A stretch of DNA of 62,909 bases, filler included, from Licmophora abbreviata (GCA_900291995.1; 15 parts of 15 records of this genome joined end to end with filler, not necessarily neighbours in it); one strand, 5' to 3'. Shown: positions 1-11,925, counted from the first letter of the whole stretch. The notes: a model not told the origin generated them from the sequence alone. Numbers and translations are program-made.

Positions 1-150
1 CTGGCGGTGGTGGAGTTCCTGCCACGCATCGAGGCCGGGATGGCGCGCGGCGCGTTCATGGAGACGCTGGAGCAGGAGGTCGAGACCGCGTCGGACCGGC
101 TGATGCGGGAAGCGGGGTTCGATCCCGACAAGGTTCAGGGCGACCGGTAA
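1..150 (+). CDS. 3' end of a probable lysophospholipid (PlsC-like) acyltransferase, partial
   Basis: Frame 1 reads LAVVEFLPRIEAGMARGAFMETLEQEVETASDRLMREAG...GDR-TAA(150), resembling alphaproteobacterial PlsC-family C-termini. Confidence 0.55.
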   Translation: MAVVEFLPRIEAGMARGAFMETLEQEVETASDRLMREAGFDPDKVQGDR

Positions 151-187
151 GCGCCGGGTGGGGCGTATCGCTCACGCGACAGACATG

Positions 188-223
188 AAAAAGGCGGCTT
201 CCCGCGATCGGGGGCCGCCTTTT
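188..223. terminator. Bidirectional intrinsic terminator between convergent genes
   Basis: AAAAAGGCGGC...GCCGCCTTTT hairpin with A and T tails. Confidence 0.75.
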
Positions 224-246
224 CCTTGTGTCCTATGATGGCCGTG

Positions 247-1635
247 TCAGGCGTGAATGGCCCCGTCGCCGCAGGCGAGGGCGGCTTCGCGCACCGCTTC
301 GGAATAGGTGGGATGCGCGTGACAGGTCAGCGCCAGATCCTCGGCCGAGGCGCCGAATTCCATTGCGACGCAAATCTCGTGGATCAAATCACCTGCCATG
401 GGCCCGATGATATGGGCGCCCAGAATGCGATCTGTTTCCTTGTCGGCGAGGATCTTGACGAAGCCGTCACCGGCGAAATTCGCCTTGGCGCGCCCGTTGC
501 CCATGAACGAGAACTTGCCAACCTTGTAGGCGCGACCCGCCTCTTTGAGCTGTTCTTCGGTCTGGCCGACGGACGCCACTTCGGGGTGCGTATAGATCAC
601 GCCGGGAATGACCCCGTAATTGACATGGCCATGCTTGCCGGCGATCACCTCGGCGGCGGCCATGCCTTCATCCTCGGCCTTGTGGGCGAGCATCGGGCCG
701 GCGATGGCGTCGCCGATGGCATAGATTCCCTCGACATTGGTGCGCCAGTGATCGTCGGTTTCGATCTGACCACGCGCGGACATCTTCACGCCGAGCGCTT
801 CGAGGCCGAGACCGTCGGTGAAGGGTTTGCGCCCGGTGGCGATCAGAACCACATCGGCGTCGATCGTATGGTCGCTGTCGTCCTTGCGCAGCTTGTAGGC
901 GACCTTGGCCTTGGTCTTGAGGGTTTCGACCGACTGCACGGCGGCGCCCATGATGAAATCGAGCCCCTGTTTCTTGAGCAGGCGCTGAAACTGTTTCTGC
1001 ACCTCGCCATCCATGCCGGGGGTGATCTGATCGAGATATTCCACCACGGTGATCTCGGATCCAAGCCGGGCATAGACCGAGCCCAGTTCAAGCCCGATAA
1101 CCCCGGCGCCGATCACGATCATTTTCCTGGGGATCTTCGGCAAGTCCAGCGCGCCGGTGGAGGTGACGACGATCTTTTCATCCACGTCGACGCCGGGCAG
1201 GGAAGCGGATTGCGAGCCGGTGGCGATGATGATGTTGCGGGCCTCATGCAGCTCGTCGCCGACCTGCACCTTGCCTTTTTCCGGGATCGAGCCCCAGCCC
1301 TTGAGCCAGTCGATCTTGTTCTTCTTGAACAGGAATTCGATCCCCTTGGTGTTCTGGCCGATCACGTCATCCTTGTAGGCGAGCATCTGTTTCCAGTCGA
1401 CCGAGGGGCTGGCGCCCTTGAGGCCCATCTTGGCGAAATTATGCTCGGCCTCATGCAGTTGATGGGAGGCGTGCAGCAGCGCCTTGGACGGGATGCAGCC
1501 CACGTTGAGACAGGTGCCGCCGAGCGTGGCGCGTCCTTCGACGCAGGCGGTTTTCAGGCCAAGCTGGGCGCAGCGGATGGCGGCGACATAGCCGCCGGGG
1601 CCGGAGCCGATGACGATCACGTCATAGTTTGCCAT
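247..1635 (-). CDS. lpdA: Dihydrolipoyl dehydrogenase (E3)
   Basis: GSGPGGY FAD motif, [13 protein letters not shown] redox disulfide, HAHPT C-terminal motif; end of the suc operon. Confidence 0.97.
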   Translation of the reverse strand: MANYDVIVIGSGPGGYVAAIRCAQLGLKTACVEGRATLGGTCLNVGCIPSKALLHASHQLHEAEHNFAKMGLKGASPSVDWKQMLAYKDDVIGQNTKGIEFLFKKNKIDWLKGWGSIPEKGKVQVGDELHEARNIIIATGSQSASLPGVDVDEKIVVTSTGALDLPKIPRKMIVIGAGVIGLELGSVYARLGSEITVVEYLDQITPGMDGEVQKQFQRLLKKQGLDFIMGAAVQSVETLKTKAKVAYKLRKDDSDHTIDADVVLIATGRKPFTDGLGLEALGVKMSARGQIETDDHWRTNVEGIYAIGDAIAGPMLAHKAEDEGMAAAEVIAGKHGHVNYGVIPGVIYTHPEVASVGQTEEQLKEAGRAYKVGKFSFMGNGRAKANFAGDGFVKILADKETDRILGAHIIGPMAGDLIHEICVAMEFGASAEDLALTCHAHPTYSEAVREAALACGDGAIHA

Positions 1636-1665
1636 GGGTCGGTGTCCTTTCGTTGATGGGGGAAA

Positions 1666-1727
1666 GGGGGCCCTGCCCCCGCCGCCCTGCGGGCGACTCC
1701 CCCGGGATATTTGAAGCCAGAAGAAAC
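1666..1727 (+). repeat. Intergenic REP-like element, copy 1
   Basis: GGGGGCCCTGCCCCC hairpin, second hairpin, then TCCCCCGGGATATTTGAAGCCAGAAGAAAC tail; related copies at 35031-35067 and 35085-35147. Confidence 0.75.
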
Positions 1728-1728
1728 A

Positions 1729-2127
1729 TCAGACGAGGGCGGCCAGCAGCATCAGGACGGTGGCCAGAAACCCCACGGCCCAGATCAGCGACCGACCGGG
1801 GCGCCAGCCGAAGGCATAGGCCGGGATGTAGAGCAGCCGCGCGCCGAGATAGGTGAAGGCGAAGGCGGCGGTGAAGGGGCTGGATTGGCCCGAGACGGTG
1901 ATGACCGTGCAGGCGATGCCGAAGAGGATCAGCCCTTCGAAATGGTTGTCGAGCGCCCGTTGCAGGCGCGCGGCGCGCTCGGAGAGCTGTTTCGAGGGGG
2001 CGCGGTCGCGCGCGGACATGGTGTAGCCGGTGCCCAGTTGCAGGTTGGCGGGCACGGCGAAGAGGCCGTATTGGACGACCTGCAGCAGGGCAGCGAGGGT
2101 GAGGGCGGTCAACTCGGGGGTCATCAT
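1729..2127 (-). CDS. MAPEG family membrane protein
   Basis: Small hydrophobic protein with RxxRAxxNxxE motif (RLQRALDNHFE) and YLGARLLY. Confidence 0.85.
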   Translation of the reverse strand: MMTPELTALTLAALLQVVQYGLFAVPANLQLGTGYTMSARDRAPSKQLSERAARLQRALDNHFEGLILFGIACTVITVSGQSSPFTAAFAFTYLGARLLYIPAYAFGWRPGRSLIWAVGFLATVLMLLAALV

Positions 2128-2183
2128 CGGCGGTCCCGCGTGTGTCAGGAGGGGGCTGCCGGGCCGTTGGCCCGGCAGCGGCG

Positions 2184-3740
2184 TTACAGGTCCATCAGCA
2201 GGCGGCGCGGGTCTTCGAGCGCGTCCTTGACGCGGACGAGGAAGGTGACCGCGCCCTTGCCGTCGACGATGCGGTGATCGTAGCTGAGGGCCAGATACAT
2301 CATCGGGCGGGCCACGATCTGACCGTTGACGACCATCGGGCGGTCCTGGATCTTGTGCATGCCGAGGATGCCCGATTGCGGCGGGTTGAGGATCGGCGAG
2401 GACATCAGGGAGCCATAGACGCCACCATTGGAGATGGTGAAGGTGCCGCCCTGCATTTCGGCCATGCTGAGCTTGCCGTCGCGGGCGCGGGCGCCTTTTT
2501 CGGCGATGGCTTTCTCGATCTCGGCGAAGGACATGGAATCGGCGTCACGGATCACCGGGACCACGAGACCCTGAGGCGTGCCGGCGGCGATGCCCATATG
2601 CACGAAGTTCTTGTAGACGATGTCGGTGCCGTCGATTTCGGCGTTCACCTCGGGGACTTCGCGAAGGGCGTGGCAACAGGCCTTGGTGAAGAAGGACATG
2701 AAGCCAAGCTTGACGCCGTGTTTCTTGTAGAAGTCGTCCTTGTAGGCGTTGCGCAGGGCCATCACCTCGGTCATGTCCACCTCGTTATAGGTGGTCAGGA
2801 TCGCGGCGTTGTTCTGGGCGTCCTTGAGGCGGCGCGCGATGGTCTGGCGCAGGCGGGTCATGCGGACCCGTTCCTCGCGGGCGGCGTCATCGGCACTGAC
2901 CGGGCCGCGCGGCGGCTGCACGGGGGCTGCGGGTGCGCTGGAGGCTGCGGGTGCGGCGGACGCGGCCGCAACGGCCTTGGACACGTCTTCTTTCATGATA
3001 CGGCCATCCTTGCCTGTGCCCTGAACCTGATCGCGGGAAAGGCCGGCTTCGGCCATGGCTTTCTTGGCTGACGGCGCGTCTTCGACATCGCCGCCACCGG
3101 AGGAGGCGTGCGCCGGTTCGGTCTGCGCGCCGCCGGGTTCGGGACGCAGGCCGGGTTCGATGGTGCCATCGGCCGATCCCGAGAGGACCGCCAGCTTGCC
3201 GCCGGCCTGCACGGTGTCGCCTTCGCCGGCGAGGATTTCGCACAGGGTGCCCGCGGCGGGTGCGGGCACCTCGACCGAGACCTTGTCGGTCTCGAGCTCG
3301 CACAGGGTTTCGTCCTGCGCCACGCTGTCGCCGACCTTCTTGAACCATGTGGACACGGTCGCTTCGGTCACGGATTCGCCCAAGGTGGGGACCATGACAT
3401 CGGTGTTGCCCTTGGATCCGTTACCCTCGGGCGGGTCGCTTTTGGCGGGCGCGGCGCTGTCGTGGGTTTTGGCGGGCGCGCTGTCGCCGGCGCCTGCGGC
3501 CTGGCCTTCGGAGATGGTGGCGAGGAGCGCATCGACGCCCACGGTTTCGCCCTCGCCGGCGACGATCTCGCCCAGGGTGCCGGCGGCGGGCGCGGGCACT
3601 TCGACGGTGACCTTGTCGGTTTCCAGCTCACACAGCATTTCGTCGGCGGCGACCGGATCACCGGGTTTCTTGAACCAGGTGGCGACCGTGGCTTCGGTGA
3701 CGGATTCTCCGAGCGTGGGGACGCGAACTTCTGTCGACAT
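2184..3740 (-). CDS. sucB: 2-oxoglutarate dehydrogenase E2 (dihydrolipoyl succinyltransferase) with two lipoyl domains
   Basis: Two ETDKV lipoyl motifs, E3-binding domain (GTGKDGRI), catalytic DHRIVDG. Confidence 0.97.
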   Translation of the reverse strand: MSTEVRVPTLGESVTEATVATWFKKPGDPVAADEMLCELETDKVTVEVPAPAAGTLGEIVAGEGETVGVDALLATISEGQAAGAGDSAPAKTHDSAAPAKSDPPEGNGSKGNTDVMVPTLGESVTEATVSTWFKKVGDSVAQDETLCELETDKVSVEVPAPAAGTLCEILAGEGDTVQAGGKLAVLSGSADGTIEPGLRPEPGGAQTEPAHASSGGGDVEDAPSAKKAMAEAGLSRDQVQGTGKDGRIMKEDVSKAVAAASAAPAASSAPAAPVQPPRGPVSADDAAREERVRMTRLRQTIARRLKDAQNNAAILTTYNEVDMTEVMALRNAYKDDFYKKHGVKLGFMSFFTKACCHALREVPEVNAEIDGTDIVYKNFVHMGIAAGTPQGLVVPVIRDADSMSFAEIEKAIAEKGARARDGKLSMAEMQGGTFTISNGGVYGSLMSSPILNPPQSGILGMHKIQDRPMVVNGQIVARPMMYLALSYDHRIVDGKGAVTFLVRVKDALEDPRRLLMDL

Positions 3741-3743
3741 GCG

Positions 3744-6704
3744 TTATTTTCCTTCGATGGTCAGCGCGGCATCGACCAGCGCCTCTTGTTGTGCCTTGTG
3801 CTGGGATGCCAAGCCCGTGGCGGGCGAGGCGGCGGCGGCGCGGCCTGCATAGGTGGGGCGGGCATGCTTGGCGTTGATCCGGCCAAGCACCCATTCGATA
3901 TTGGGTTCGATGAAGAACCACGCGCCCTGGTTCTTGGGTTCTTCCTGACACCAGACCATTTCGGCCTGTTTGAAGCGTTCAAGCTCCTTGACCATGGACA
4001 TGGCTGGGAACGGGTAGAACTGTTCGAGGCGTAGCAGGTAGACATCGTCGATCCCGCGGCGGTCGCGTTCTTCGAGCAGGTCGTAATAGACCTTGCCCGA
4101 GCACATCACCACGCGCTTGATCTTATCGTCGGGTTTCAGCTGCGTGTCGGAATTGCCGTATTGCGCATCGTCCCACAGAACGCGGTGGAAGCTGGAGCCG
4201 GTGGTGAATTCCTCGGTGCGGGAGACCGCCATCTTGTGACGCAGCAAGGATTTGGGCGTCATCAGGATCAGCGGCTTGCGATAGGTGCGGTGCAGCTGCC
4301 GGCGCAGGATGTGGAAATAGTTGGCCGGTGTGGTGCAGTTGGCCACGATCCAGTTGTCGCCGCCGCACATGGTGAGGAAACGCTCGAGACGCGCGGAGGA
4401 ATGTTCCGGCCCCTGCCCTTCGTAGCCATGCGGCAGCAGGCAGACGAGGCCGGACATGCGCAGCCATTTGGATTCGCCCGAGCTGATGAACTGGTCGAAC
4501 ATGATCTGGGCGCCGTTGGCGAAATCGCCGAACTGGGCCTCCCACAGGGTGAGGGCGTTGGGTTCTGCCAGCGAATAGCCGTATTCGAAGCCCAAGACCG
4601 CATATTCCGAGAGCATCGAATCGATCACCTCGTAGCGGGCCTGCCCTTCGCGGATGTGGTTGAGCGGGTAGTAGCGTTCTTCGGTGTTCTGGTCGATGAA
4701 GGCCGAATGACGCTGGCTGAAGGTGCCACGCGTGCTGTCTTGACCGGACAGGCGGACCGGGTAGCCTTCGAGCTGCAGCGACCCGAAGGCCAAAGCCTCG
4801 GCGGTGGCCCAGTCAAAGCCCTGACCGGTTTCGAACATCTGCTTCTTGGTCTCGAGCAGGCGGCTGACCGTCTTGTGGAGCGGGAAGCCATCGGGTGCTG
4901 TGGTCAGCGCGCGGCCGATGTCGTCCAGGGTTTCCGGTGCGATGGAGGTTTCGCCGCGTTGGTAATCATCGTCCTTGCGGTCGAGATGGGACCATTTGCC
5001 ATCCAGCCAGTCGGCCTTGTTGGGGCGGTATTCCTTGCCGGCCTCGAATTCGTCGGCGAGGTAGGATTGGAAGGCGGCCTTCATATCCTCGATCTCGCCT
5101 TCGGGGATCAGGCCATCGGCCACGAGCCGTTCGGTATAGAGGCTGAGCGTGGTCTTTTGCTTCTTGATCTTGTTGTACATCACCGGGTTCGTGAACATGG
5201 GCTCATCGCCCTCGTTATGGCCGAACCGTCGATAGCAGATGATGTCGATCACCACGTCCTTCTGGAACTTCTGGCGAAATTCGGTGGCGACCTTGGCGGC
5301 ATGCACCACGGCTTCGGGATCGTCGCCGTTGACGTGGAAAATGGGCGCCTCGACCATCAGGGCGATATCGGTGGGATAGGGCGAAGAGCGCGAGAAATGC
5401 GGCGCGGTGGTGAAGCCGATCTGATTGTTCACCACGATATGCATGGTGCCGCCGGTCTTGTGGCCCTTGAGACCCGAGAGGCCGAAACATTCTGCCACGA
5501 CGCCCTGACCCGCGAAGGCCGCGTCGCCATGCAGCAGAATGGGCAGAACGCTGGTGCGTTCGCTGTCGTTGAGTTGATCCTGCTTGGCGCGGACCTTGCC
5601 GAGCACCACGGGATTGACCGCTTCGAGATGCGAGGGGTTCGCGGTCAGCGACAGGTGAACCGTGTTGCCGTCGAATTCGCGGTCCGAGGAGGCGCCGAGA
5701 TGGTATTTCACGTCGCCTGATCCATCCACGTCCTCGGGTTTGAAGCTGCCGCCCTGAAACTCGTTGAAGATGGCGCGATAGGGTTTGCCCATGACGTTGG
5801 CCAGAACCGACAGGCGCCCGCGATGGGGCATGCCGATGACGATGTCCTTGACGCCGAGGCTGCCGCCGCGCTTGATGATCTGCTCCATCGCGGGGATCAG
5901 GCTTTCGCCGCCATCAAGGCCGAAGCGCTTGGTGCCCATGTATTTGACGTGGAGGTATTTCTCGAATCCCTCGGCTTCGACCAGCTTGTTCAGGATCGCC
6001 TTGCGGCCCTCGCGGGTGAAGGTGATTTCCTTGTCGTAGCCTTCGATCCGTTCCTTGAGCCATGCGGATTGTTCGGGATCGGAGATATGCATGTATTGCA
6101 GCGCGAAGGTGCCGCAATAGGTGCGCTTGACGATATCGAGGATCTCGCGGATCGAGGCGACCTGCAGGCCCAGAACGTTGTCGATGAAGATCGGGCGGTC
6201 CATGTCGGCGTCGGTGAAGCCGTAGGATTTGGGGTCAAGCTCGGGGCGGTAGCCGTGATCGCGCAGGCCAAGCGGATCGAGCTGGGCGATCAGGTGGCCA
6301 CGAATGCGGTAGGCGCGGATCAGCATCAGCGCGCGAACGGAATCGAGAACGGCGCGCTTGACCGCGTCATCCGATACCTTGACGCCTTTTTCGGAGGCTT
6401 TCTTCTTGATCTTGTCGACGGCTGTGGCGGTTTCGATTTCGGCGGGCCATTCGCCGGTCAGCGCGCTGGTCAGATCGTCATTCGGCGTCGGCGGCCAGTC
6501 GCTGCGTGCCCATGACGGGCCGCTGGCCTGCTGGCGGACATCGGCATCGCCATCGCCAAGCTGGCGGAAAAACTCCTGCCAGGCAGCGTCCACGGCGTTG
6601 GGATCGCTGGCGTAGCGCGCATAGAGCTGTTCGAGATATGCGGCGTTGTGCCCCTGCATGAAGCTGGAGGCGTGGAATTGGTCGTTCGAGCTTTGATCCG
6701 TCAT
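3744..6704 (-). CDS. sucA: 2-oxoglutarate dehydrogenase E1
   Basis: 986 aa; GMPHRGRL, HGDAAF..NNQ TPP motif, GQGPEHSSAR. Confidence 0.98.
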   Translation of the reverse strand: MTDQSSNDQFHASSFMQGHNAAYLEQLYARYASDPNAVDAAWQEFFRQLGDGDADVRQQASGPSWARSDWPPTPNDDLTSALTGEWPAEIETATAVDKIKKKASEKGVKVSDDAVKRAVLDSVRALMLIRAYRIRGHLIAQLDPLGLRDHGYRPELDPKSYGFTDADMDRPIFIDNVLGLQVASIREILDIVKRTYCGTFALQYMHISDPEQSAWLKERIEGYDKEITFTREGRKAILNKLVEAEGFEKYLHVKYMGTKRFGLDGGESLIPAMEQIIKRGGSLGVKDIVIGMPHRGRLSVLANVMGKPYRAIFNEFQGGSFKPEDVDGSGDVKYHLGASSDREFDGNTVHLSLTANPSHLEAVNPVVLGKVRAKQDQLNDSERTSVLPILLHGDAAFAGQGVVAECFGLSGLKGHKTGGTMHIVVNNQIGFTTAPHFSRSSPYPTDIALMVEAPIFHVNGDDPEAVVHAAKVATEFRQKFQKDVVIDIICYRRFGHNEGDEPMFTNPVMYNKIKKQKTTLSLYTERLVADGLIPEGEIEDMKAAFQSYLADEFEAGKEYRPNKADWLDGKWSHLDRKDDDYQRGETSIAPETLDDIGRALTTAPDGFPLHKTVSRLLETKKQMFETGQGFDWATAEALAFGSLQLEGYPVRLSGQDSTRGTFSQRHSAFIDQNTEERYYPLNHIREGQARYEVIDSMLSEYAVLGFEYGYSLAEPNALTLWEAQFGDFANGAQIMFDQFISSGESKWLRMSGLVCLLPHGYEGQGPEHSSARLERFLTMCGGDNWIVANCTTPANYFHILRRQLHRTYRKPLILMTPKSLLRHKMAVSRTEEFTTGSSFHRVLWDDAQYGNSDTQLKPDDKIKRVVMCSGKVYYDLLEERDRRGIDDVYLLRLEQFYPFPAMSMVKELERFKQAEMVWCQEEPKNQGAWFFIEPNIEWVLGRINAKHARPTYAGRAAAASPATGLASQHKAQQEALVDAALTIEGK

Positions 6705-6838
6705 GGCGCGTCCTTTTCAGACCGATCTGGTGAAGCAACAGGAGAGGAACCCGGGGGCGGTGGTTTGTGGTCAGGTGCCTGTCGCGGTGCTTCGGTGGCG
6801 GGGAGGGATGCGCGGGGGTCGCGCATCCCGGTGACTGG

Positions 6839-7723
6839 TCAGCCCTTGATCGCGGCCAGAACGGCCTCGCCTAGGCTGGCGGGGCTTTCGGCGACGGTGA
6901 TCCCGGCGGATTTCATCGCCTCGATCTTGTCATCGGCGCCGCCCTTGCCACCCGCCACGATGGCGCCGGCATGGCCCATGCGACGGCCCGGAGGGGCGGT
7001 GCGGCCCGCGATGAAGCCTGCGGTGGGCTTCCAGCGGCCTTTCTTGCGCTCGGAGGCGAGGAAGGCGGCGGCGTCTTCTTCGGCGGAACCGCCGATTTCG
7101 CCGATCATGATGATCGCCTCGGTCTCGTCATCGGCGAGGAACCATTCCAGCACGTCGATATGTTCGGTTCCCTTGATCGGGTCACCGCCGATGCCGACGC
7201 AGGTGGACTGACCCAGACCTACATCGGTGGTCTGCTTGACCGCTTCGTAGGTGAGGGTGCCCGAGCGTGACACGACGCCGACCTTGCCACGCTTGTGGAT
7301 ATGGCCGGGCATGATGCCGATCTTGCAGGCGTCGGGCGTGATGACGCCCGGGCAGTTGGGGCCGATCAGCCGCGACTTGGAGGTCTCCAACGCGCGTTTG
7401 ACGCGCATCATGTCGAGCACGGGGATGCCTTCGGTGATGCAGACGATCACTTCCATTTCGGCGTCGATCGCCTCGAGGATGGAATCAGCGGCGAAGGGCG
7501 GCGGTACATAGATCACCGAGGCGTTGGCGTCGGTGGCGTGTTTCGCCTCGTGGACCGAGTTGAACACGGGCAGGTCGAGATGGGTCTGACCGCCCTTGCC
7601 GGGGGTGACGCCGCCGACCATCTTGGTGCCATAGGCGATGGCCTGTTCGGTGTGGAATGTGCCCTGCGAGCCGGTGAGGCCCTGACAGATCACCTTGGTA
7701 TTTTCGTCGATGAGGACTGCCAT
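6839..7723 (-). CDS. sucD: Succinyl-CoA synthetase alpha subunit
   Basis: GPNCPG, RMGHAGA phospho-His motif. Confidence 0.98.
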   Translation of the reverse strand: MAVLIDENTKVICQGLTGSQGTFHTEQAIAYGTKMVGGVTPGKGGQTHLDLPVFNSVHEAKHATDANASVIYVPPPFAADSILEAIDAEMEVIVCITEGIPVLDMMRVKRALETSKSRLIGPNCPGVITPDACKIGIMPGHIHKRGKVGVVSRSGTLTYEAVKQTTDVGLGQSTCVGIGGDPIKGTEHIDVLEWFLADDETEAIIMIGEIGGSAEEDAAAFLASERKKGRWKPTAGFIAGRTAPPGRRMGHAGAIVAGGKGGADDKIEAMKSAGITVAESPASLGEAVLAAIKG

Positions 7724-7764
7724 CTTGGCATTCTCCTTAAAATGTTCGCTGTGGCGGCACGCAG

Positions 7765-7864
7765 NNNNNNNNNNNNNNNNNNNNNNNNNNNNNNNNNNNN
7801 NNNNNNNNTTAATTAATTAANNNNNNNNNNNNNNNNNNNNNNNNNNNNNNNNNNNNNNNNNNNN
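7765..7864. other. Artificial scaffold linker, first of 14 (others start at 11016, 24940, 28544, 31190, 35456, 36912, 43478, 45104, 51671, 54865, 57730, 59470, 60814)
   Basis: N-run, TTAATTAATTAA (stops in all six frames), N-run; 100 nt each. Confidence 0.98.
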
Positions 7865-7977
7865 ATTTCGCCCGCGGCGGTCTTGGCCTCTTCGGCGCGC
7901 AGGACGACGCGGCCATCCGATACCGGGGCGCCGTAGGAGCGAAGCAGAGCCTTCGCCTGATACTCATGGATATTCAT
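7865..7977 (-). CDS. sucC: Succinyl-CoA synthetase beta subunit, N-terminal fragment (rest lost in gap)
   Basis: [19 protein letters not shown] signature N-terminus, upstream of sucD. Confidence 0.93.
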
Positions 7978-8085
7978 GAAACTGTCCCGTATTGCTGTTA
8001 TCGGAACGGATATACCCATAGCCTTGATAGTGAATTAAACCGTTTTTTGTTTGCAGGCAGGGTTTTCGAGCGTTTTTTCGCGTTT

Positions 8086-8116
8086 TGTGATCACAGCAAT
8101 AAATCGTGTGATCACA
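8086..8116. promoter_or_regulatory. Paired TGTGATCACA palindromes upstream of sucC (AkgR-like operator)
   Basis: TGTGATCACA at 8086-8095 and 8107-8116 (GTGATCAC-N13-GTGATCAC); same motif upstream of sdhC. Confidence 0.7.
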
Positions 8117-8285
8117 AAAATTCGAACGCAAGCTGCGCGCGACTCGGTTAATGGGCGCGACACGCCGCTTCGACCTTGTCACGCGGGTCTGCAAGAGCAG
8201 ATGATTTTCCCGGTTCCGAAACGGAAAGGGCCGGGCACCTCATGGCACCCGGCCCTGAACTTTGGGCGATGATCGGATCAGTCGA

Positions 8286-9305
<1,020 letters not shown>

Positions 9306-9408
9306 CTACGCAAGGCTGCTGCTGTGTCGGTCTTTCGACAGATAAACTGGCCCCGAGGGGTGAGGCACGCTAACAGAGTGTGGAAACAGGGGATTCAGGG
9401 CGCCGGAC

Positions 9409-10164
9409 ATGACCTTGCCGGATTGGGAAGTTTTCGCGGTTGCGGTGCCTGCGGTCCTGTTGGCGGGCATATCGAAAGGCGGGTTCGGGTCGGGGGCGGC
9501 CTTTGCGGGGGCGTCGATTCTGGCGCTGGTGGTGCCGCCGGGGCAGGCGCTTGGCATCATGCTGCCGCTGTTGATGCTGATCGATGTGTCGACGCTCAGA
9601 CCCTATTGGAAGCGCTGGAGCTGGATCGATGCCAAGCGGCTGCTGTGGGGCGGCGTGCCGGGTGTGGCGATTGGTGCGGCGCTTTATTCGGTGGCGGATG
9701 CCGATCTGTTCCGGCTGCTGATCGGGGGGATCTGCCTTGCCTTCATCGGCTGGCAGATGTCGTTGCGCGCGGGGTTGTTGCGCCCGTCACAAAGGCCGAT
9801 GCCGGGATGGGCGGGGATCGTGGCCGGGGTGGTGGCCGGATTCACCAGTTTCGTGAGCCATGCCGGAGGGCCGCCCGCGGCGGTTTACCTGTTGTCGCGC
9901 CGCTTGGACAAGACGCAGTTTCAGGCGACCACGGTGCTGGTTTTCTGGGTCTACAATATCGTGAAATTCGTGCCCTATGCGTTTCTGGGGATTTTCACCG
10001 TCGAGACGCTGGTGTTCGATTTGATCCTTGCGCCGGTCGCGCTTTTTGGGGCGTGGTTGGGGGTGAGGGCGCACAGGGTGGTGCCGGAGGGGCTGTTTTT
10101 CGGCATCACATATGTTCTGCTGGCTGTGACGGGCAGCAAGCTGATCTGGGATGCGCTGACCTGA
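9409..10164 (+). CDS. Sulfite exporter TauE/SafE (TSUP) family membrane protein
   Basis: GISKGGFGSG and HAGGPP motifs, about 8 hydrophobic segments. Confidence 0.85.
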   Translation: MTLPDWEVFAVAVPAVLLAGISKGGFGSGAAFAGASILALVVPPGQALGIMLPLLMLIDVSTLRPYWKRWSWIDAKRLLWGGVPGVAIGAALYSVADADLFRLLIGGICLAFIGWQMSLRAGLLRPSQRPMPGWAGIVAGVVAGFTSFVSHAGGPPAAVYLLSRRLDKTQFQATTVLVFWVYNIVKFVPYAFLGIFTVETLVFDLILAPVALFGAWLGVRAHRVVPEGLFFGITYVLLAVTGSKLIWDALT

Positions 10165-10272
10165 GGTCGGCGGATTTTTCTGCAGTGCGGCGACAAAGGT
10201 CTTGAACTTTTACGACGAAAAATGTCATTCCGGCGCAAGATTATTTCTGCAATGACTCGGAAGGCAGCCCAG

Positions 10273-11161
10273 ATGGATACGGCGACGCGCCCCTACCGCT
10301 CGGTTCTTTATATCCCCGGTTCCAAGGAACGGGCGCTTGAGAAGGCACGCGAGCTGCCTTGTGACGCGATCATCTTCGATCTGGAGGATGCGGTCGCCCC
10401 CGAAGCCAAGCCCGAGGCCCGTCAGACACTGGCGAAAGCCCTGAAGGAAGACGGCTATGGCAAGCGCACCAAGATCGTGCGGATCAATGCGCTGACCACC
10501 GAATGGGGGCTGGAGGATGTGCGGGTGCTGGCCGATGCCGGAGCGGATGCGATCCTGTTGCCCAAGGTCAACACGCCGTCGGATGTGGACAATCTGGCCG
10601 ATATGCTGTCGCCCGCGATGCCGATCTGGGTGATGATGGAGACGCCGATCAGCGTGTTCAACGCGCCCGAAATCGCGATGCACCGTCAGGTCACGGGGCT
10701 GGTGGCGGGCACCAATGATCTGACCAAGGATCTGGGATGCCGGTATCGCGCGGACCGTCTGCCGCTGATGACCGCGCTGCAGCGGATCATCATGGCGGCG
10801 CGGGCGGCGCGCGGTGTCGTGGCGATCGATGGGGTCTACAACCGGTTCCGCGATGGTGAGGGCCTCAAGGCGGAATGCGAGCAGGGGCGCGATCTTGGGT
10901 TCGATGGCAAGACGCTGATCCATCCCGCGCAGGTCGAGATCGCCAATACCGCCTTTGCGCCGACGCAATCGGAAATCGAGATGGCCGAACGCCAGATCAA
11001 GGCCTATGAAGAAAGNNNNNNNNNNNNNNNNNNNNNNNNNNNNNNNNNNNNNNNNNNNNTTAATTAATTAANNNNNNNNNNNNNNNNNNNNNNNNNNNNN
11101 NNNNNNNNNNNNNNNCACGCTGGCACGGGCGCAAGCGATCATGGAAATGGCGGCGGAGTAA
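10273..11161 (+). CDS. mcl2: CitE-family (3S)-malyl-CoA thioesterase, interrupted by gap 11016-11115
   Basis: RSVLYIPGSKERALEKA, DLEDAVA, GFDGKTLIHP; C-terminus TLARAQAIMEMAAE-TAA after the gap; lies near mch. Confidence 0.8.
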
Positions 11162-11167
11162 TACGGC

Positions 11168-11713
11168 ATGTTTTATCTGATACTGGGTCTGGTCCTTTGG
11201 ACGGCGGGCCATTTCTTCAAGCGTTTCGCTCCGGGCATGCGCGCCGGGATGGGCAATGCCGGCAAGGGCGTTGCGGCGGTCATCATTCTGGCGGGTCTGG
11301 TTCTGATGATCATCGGCTATCGCGGCGCGGAGTTCATCAACCTGTGGTATCCGCCGACATGGACCGTGCATCTGAACAACCTTCTGATGCTGATCGCGGT
11401 TTTCGTCTATGGGATGAGTGCCACGCGCGGGCGGCTGAGAGGCAAGATGCGGCACCCGCAGCTGGTTGCGGTCAAGATCTGGGCGGTGGCGCATTTGCTG
11501 GTCAACGGCGATCTGGCCTCGGTCATCCTGTTCGGCGGGATGCTGGCATGGGCCGTGGTGCAGGTGATCGTCATCAACCGCACAGAGGAGTGGGTCCGGC
11601 CGGAGCCGGGCAAGGCCAGCAAGGATATCCTGCTGGTCGTCATCACGCTGGTTCTGTTCGGGGTCATGACCGCGATTCACAACTGGTTGGGCGTCTGGCC
11701 GTTTCCCGGGTGA
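11168..11713 (+). CDS. NnrU family membrane protein
   Basis: RHPQL...WAVAHLLVNGD motif. Confidence 0.85.
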   Translation: MFYLILGLVLWTAGHFFKRFAPGMRAGMGNAGKGVAAVIILAGLVLMIIGYRGAEFINLWYPPTWTVHLNNLLMLIAVFVYGMSATRGRLRGKMRHPQLVAVKIWAVAHLLVNGDLASVILFGGMLAWAVVQVIVINRTEEWVRPEPGKASKDILLVVITLVLFGVMTAIHNWLGVWPFPG

Positions 11714-11719
11714 GGCAGG

Positions 11720-11923
11720 ATGAAACTCTATCGTTTTCTGTCGGCTGACGACACATCGGCGTTTTGCCACAAGGTGAGTGCGGCGCTGGACTCCGGTTGG
11801 GAGCTTTATGGCGATCCAACCTATGCGTTCGATCATGCTAATGGCGTTATGCGCTGCGGTCAGGCCGTGGTGAAGGAGGTCGAGGGCAGCTATTCCCCCG
11901 ACCTGAAACTGGGAGAGCAGTAA
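11720..11923 (+). CDS. DUF1737 family small protein
   Basis: YRFL..DDTSAFCHKVS.AL..GW.LYG.P...CGQAV pattern; GAGG RBS. Confidence 0.85.
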   Translation: MKLYRFLSADDTSAFCHKVSAALDSGWELYGDPTYAFDHANGVMRCGQAVVKEVEGSYSPDLKLGEQ

Positions 11924-11925
11924 GC

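Noticed and set aside
226..1656. Long antisense ORFs (e.g. 226-1656, 4161-5720, 8262-10205, 32211-34751, 41095-43260)
   Set aside because: Shadow frames of well-supported genes, expected from GC-rich codon bias; no recognisable motifs
7865..7977. Truncated sucC, deoD, GST, sensor kinase, ogt and asparaginase as possible pseudogenes
   Set aside because: All truncations coincide with assembly gaps
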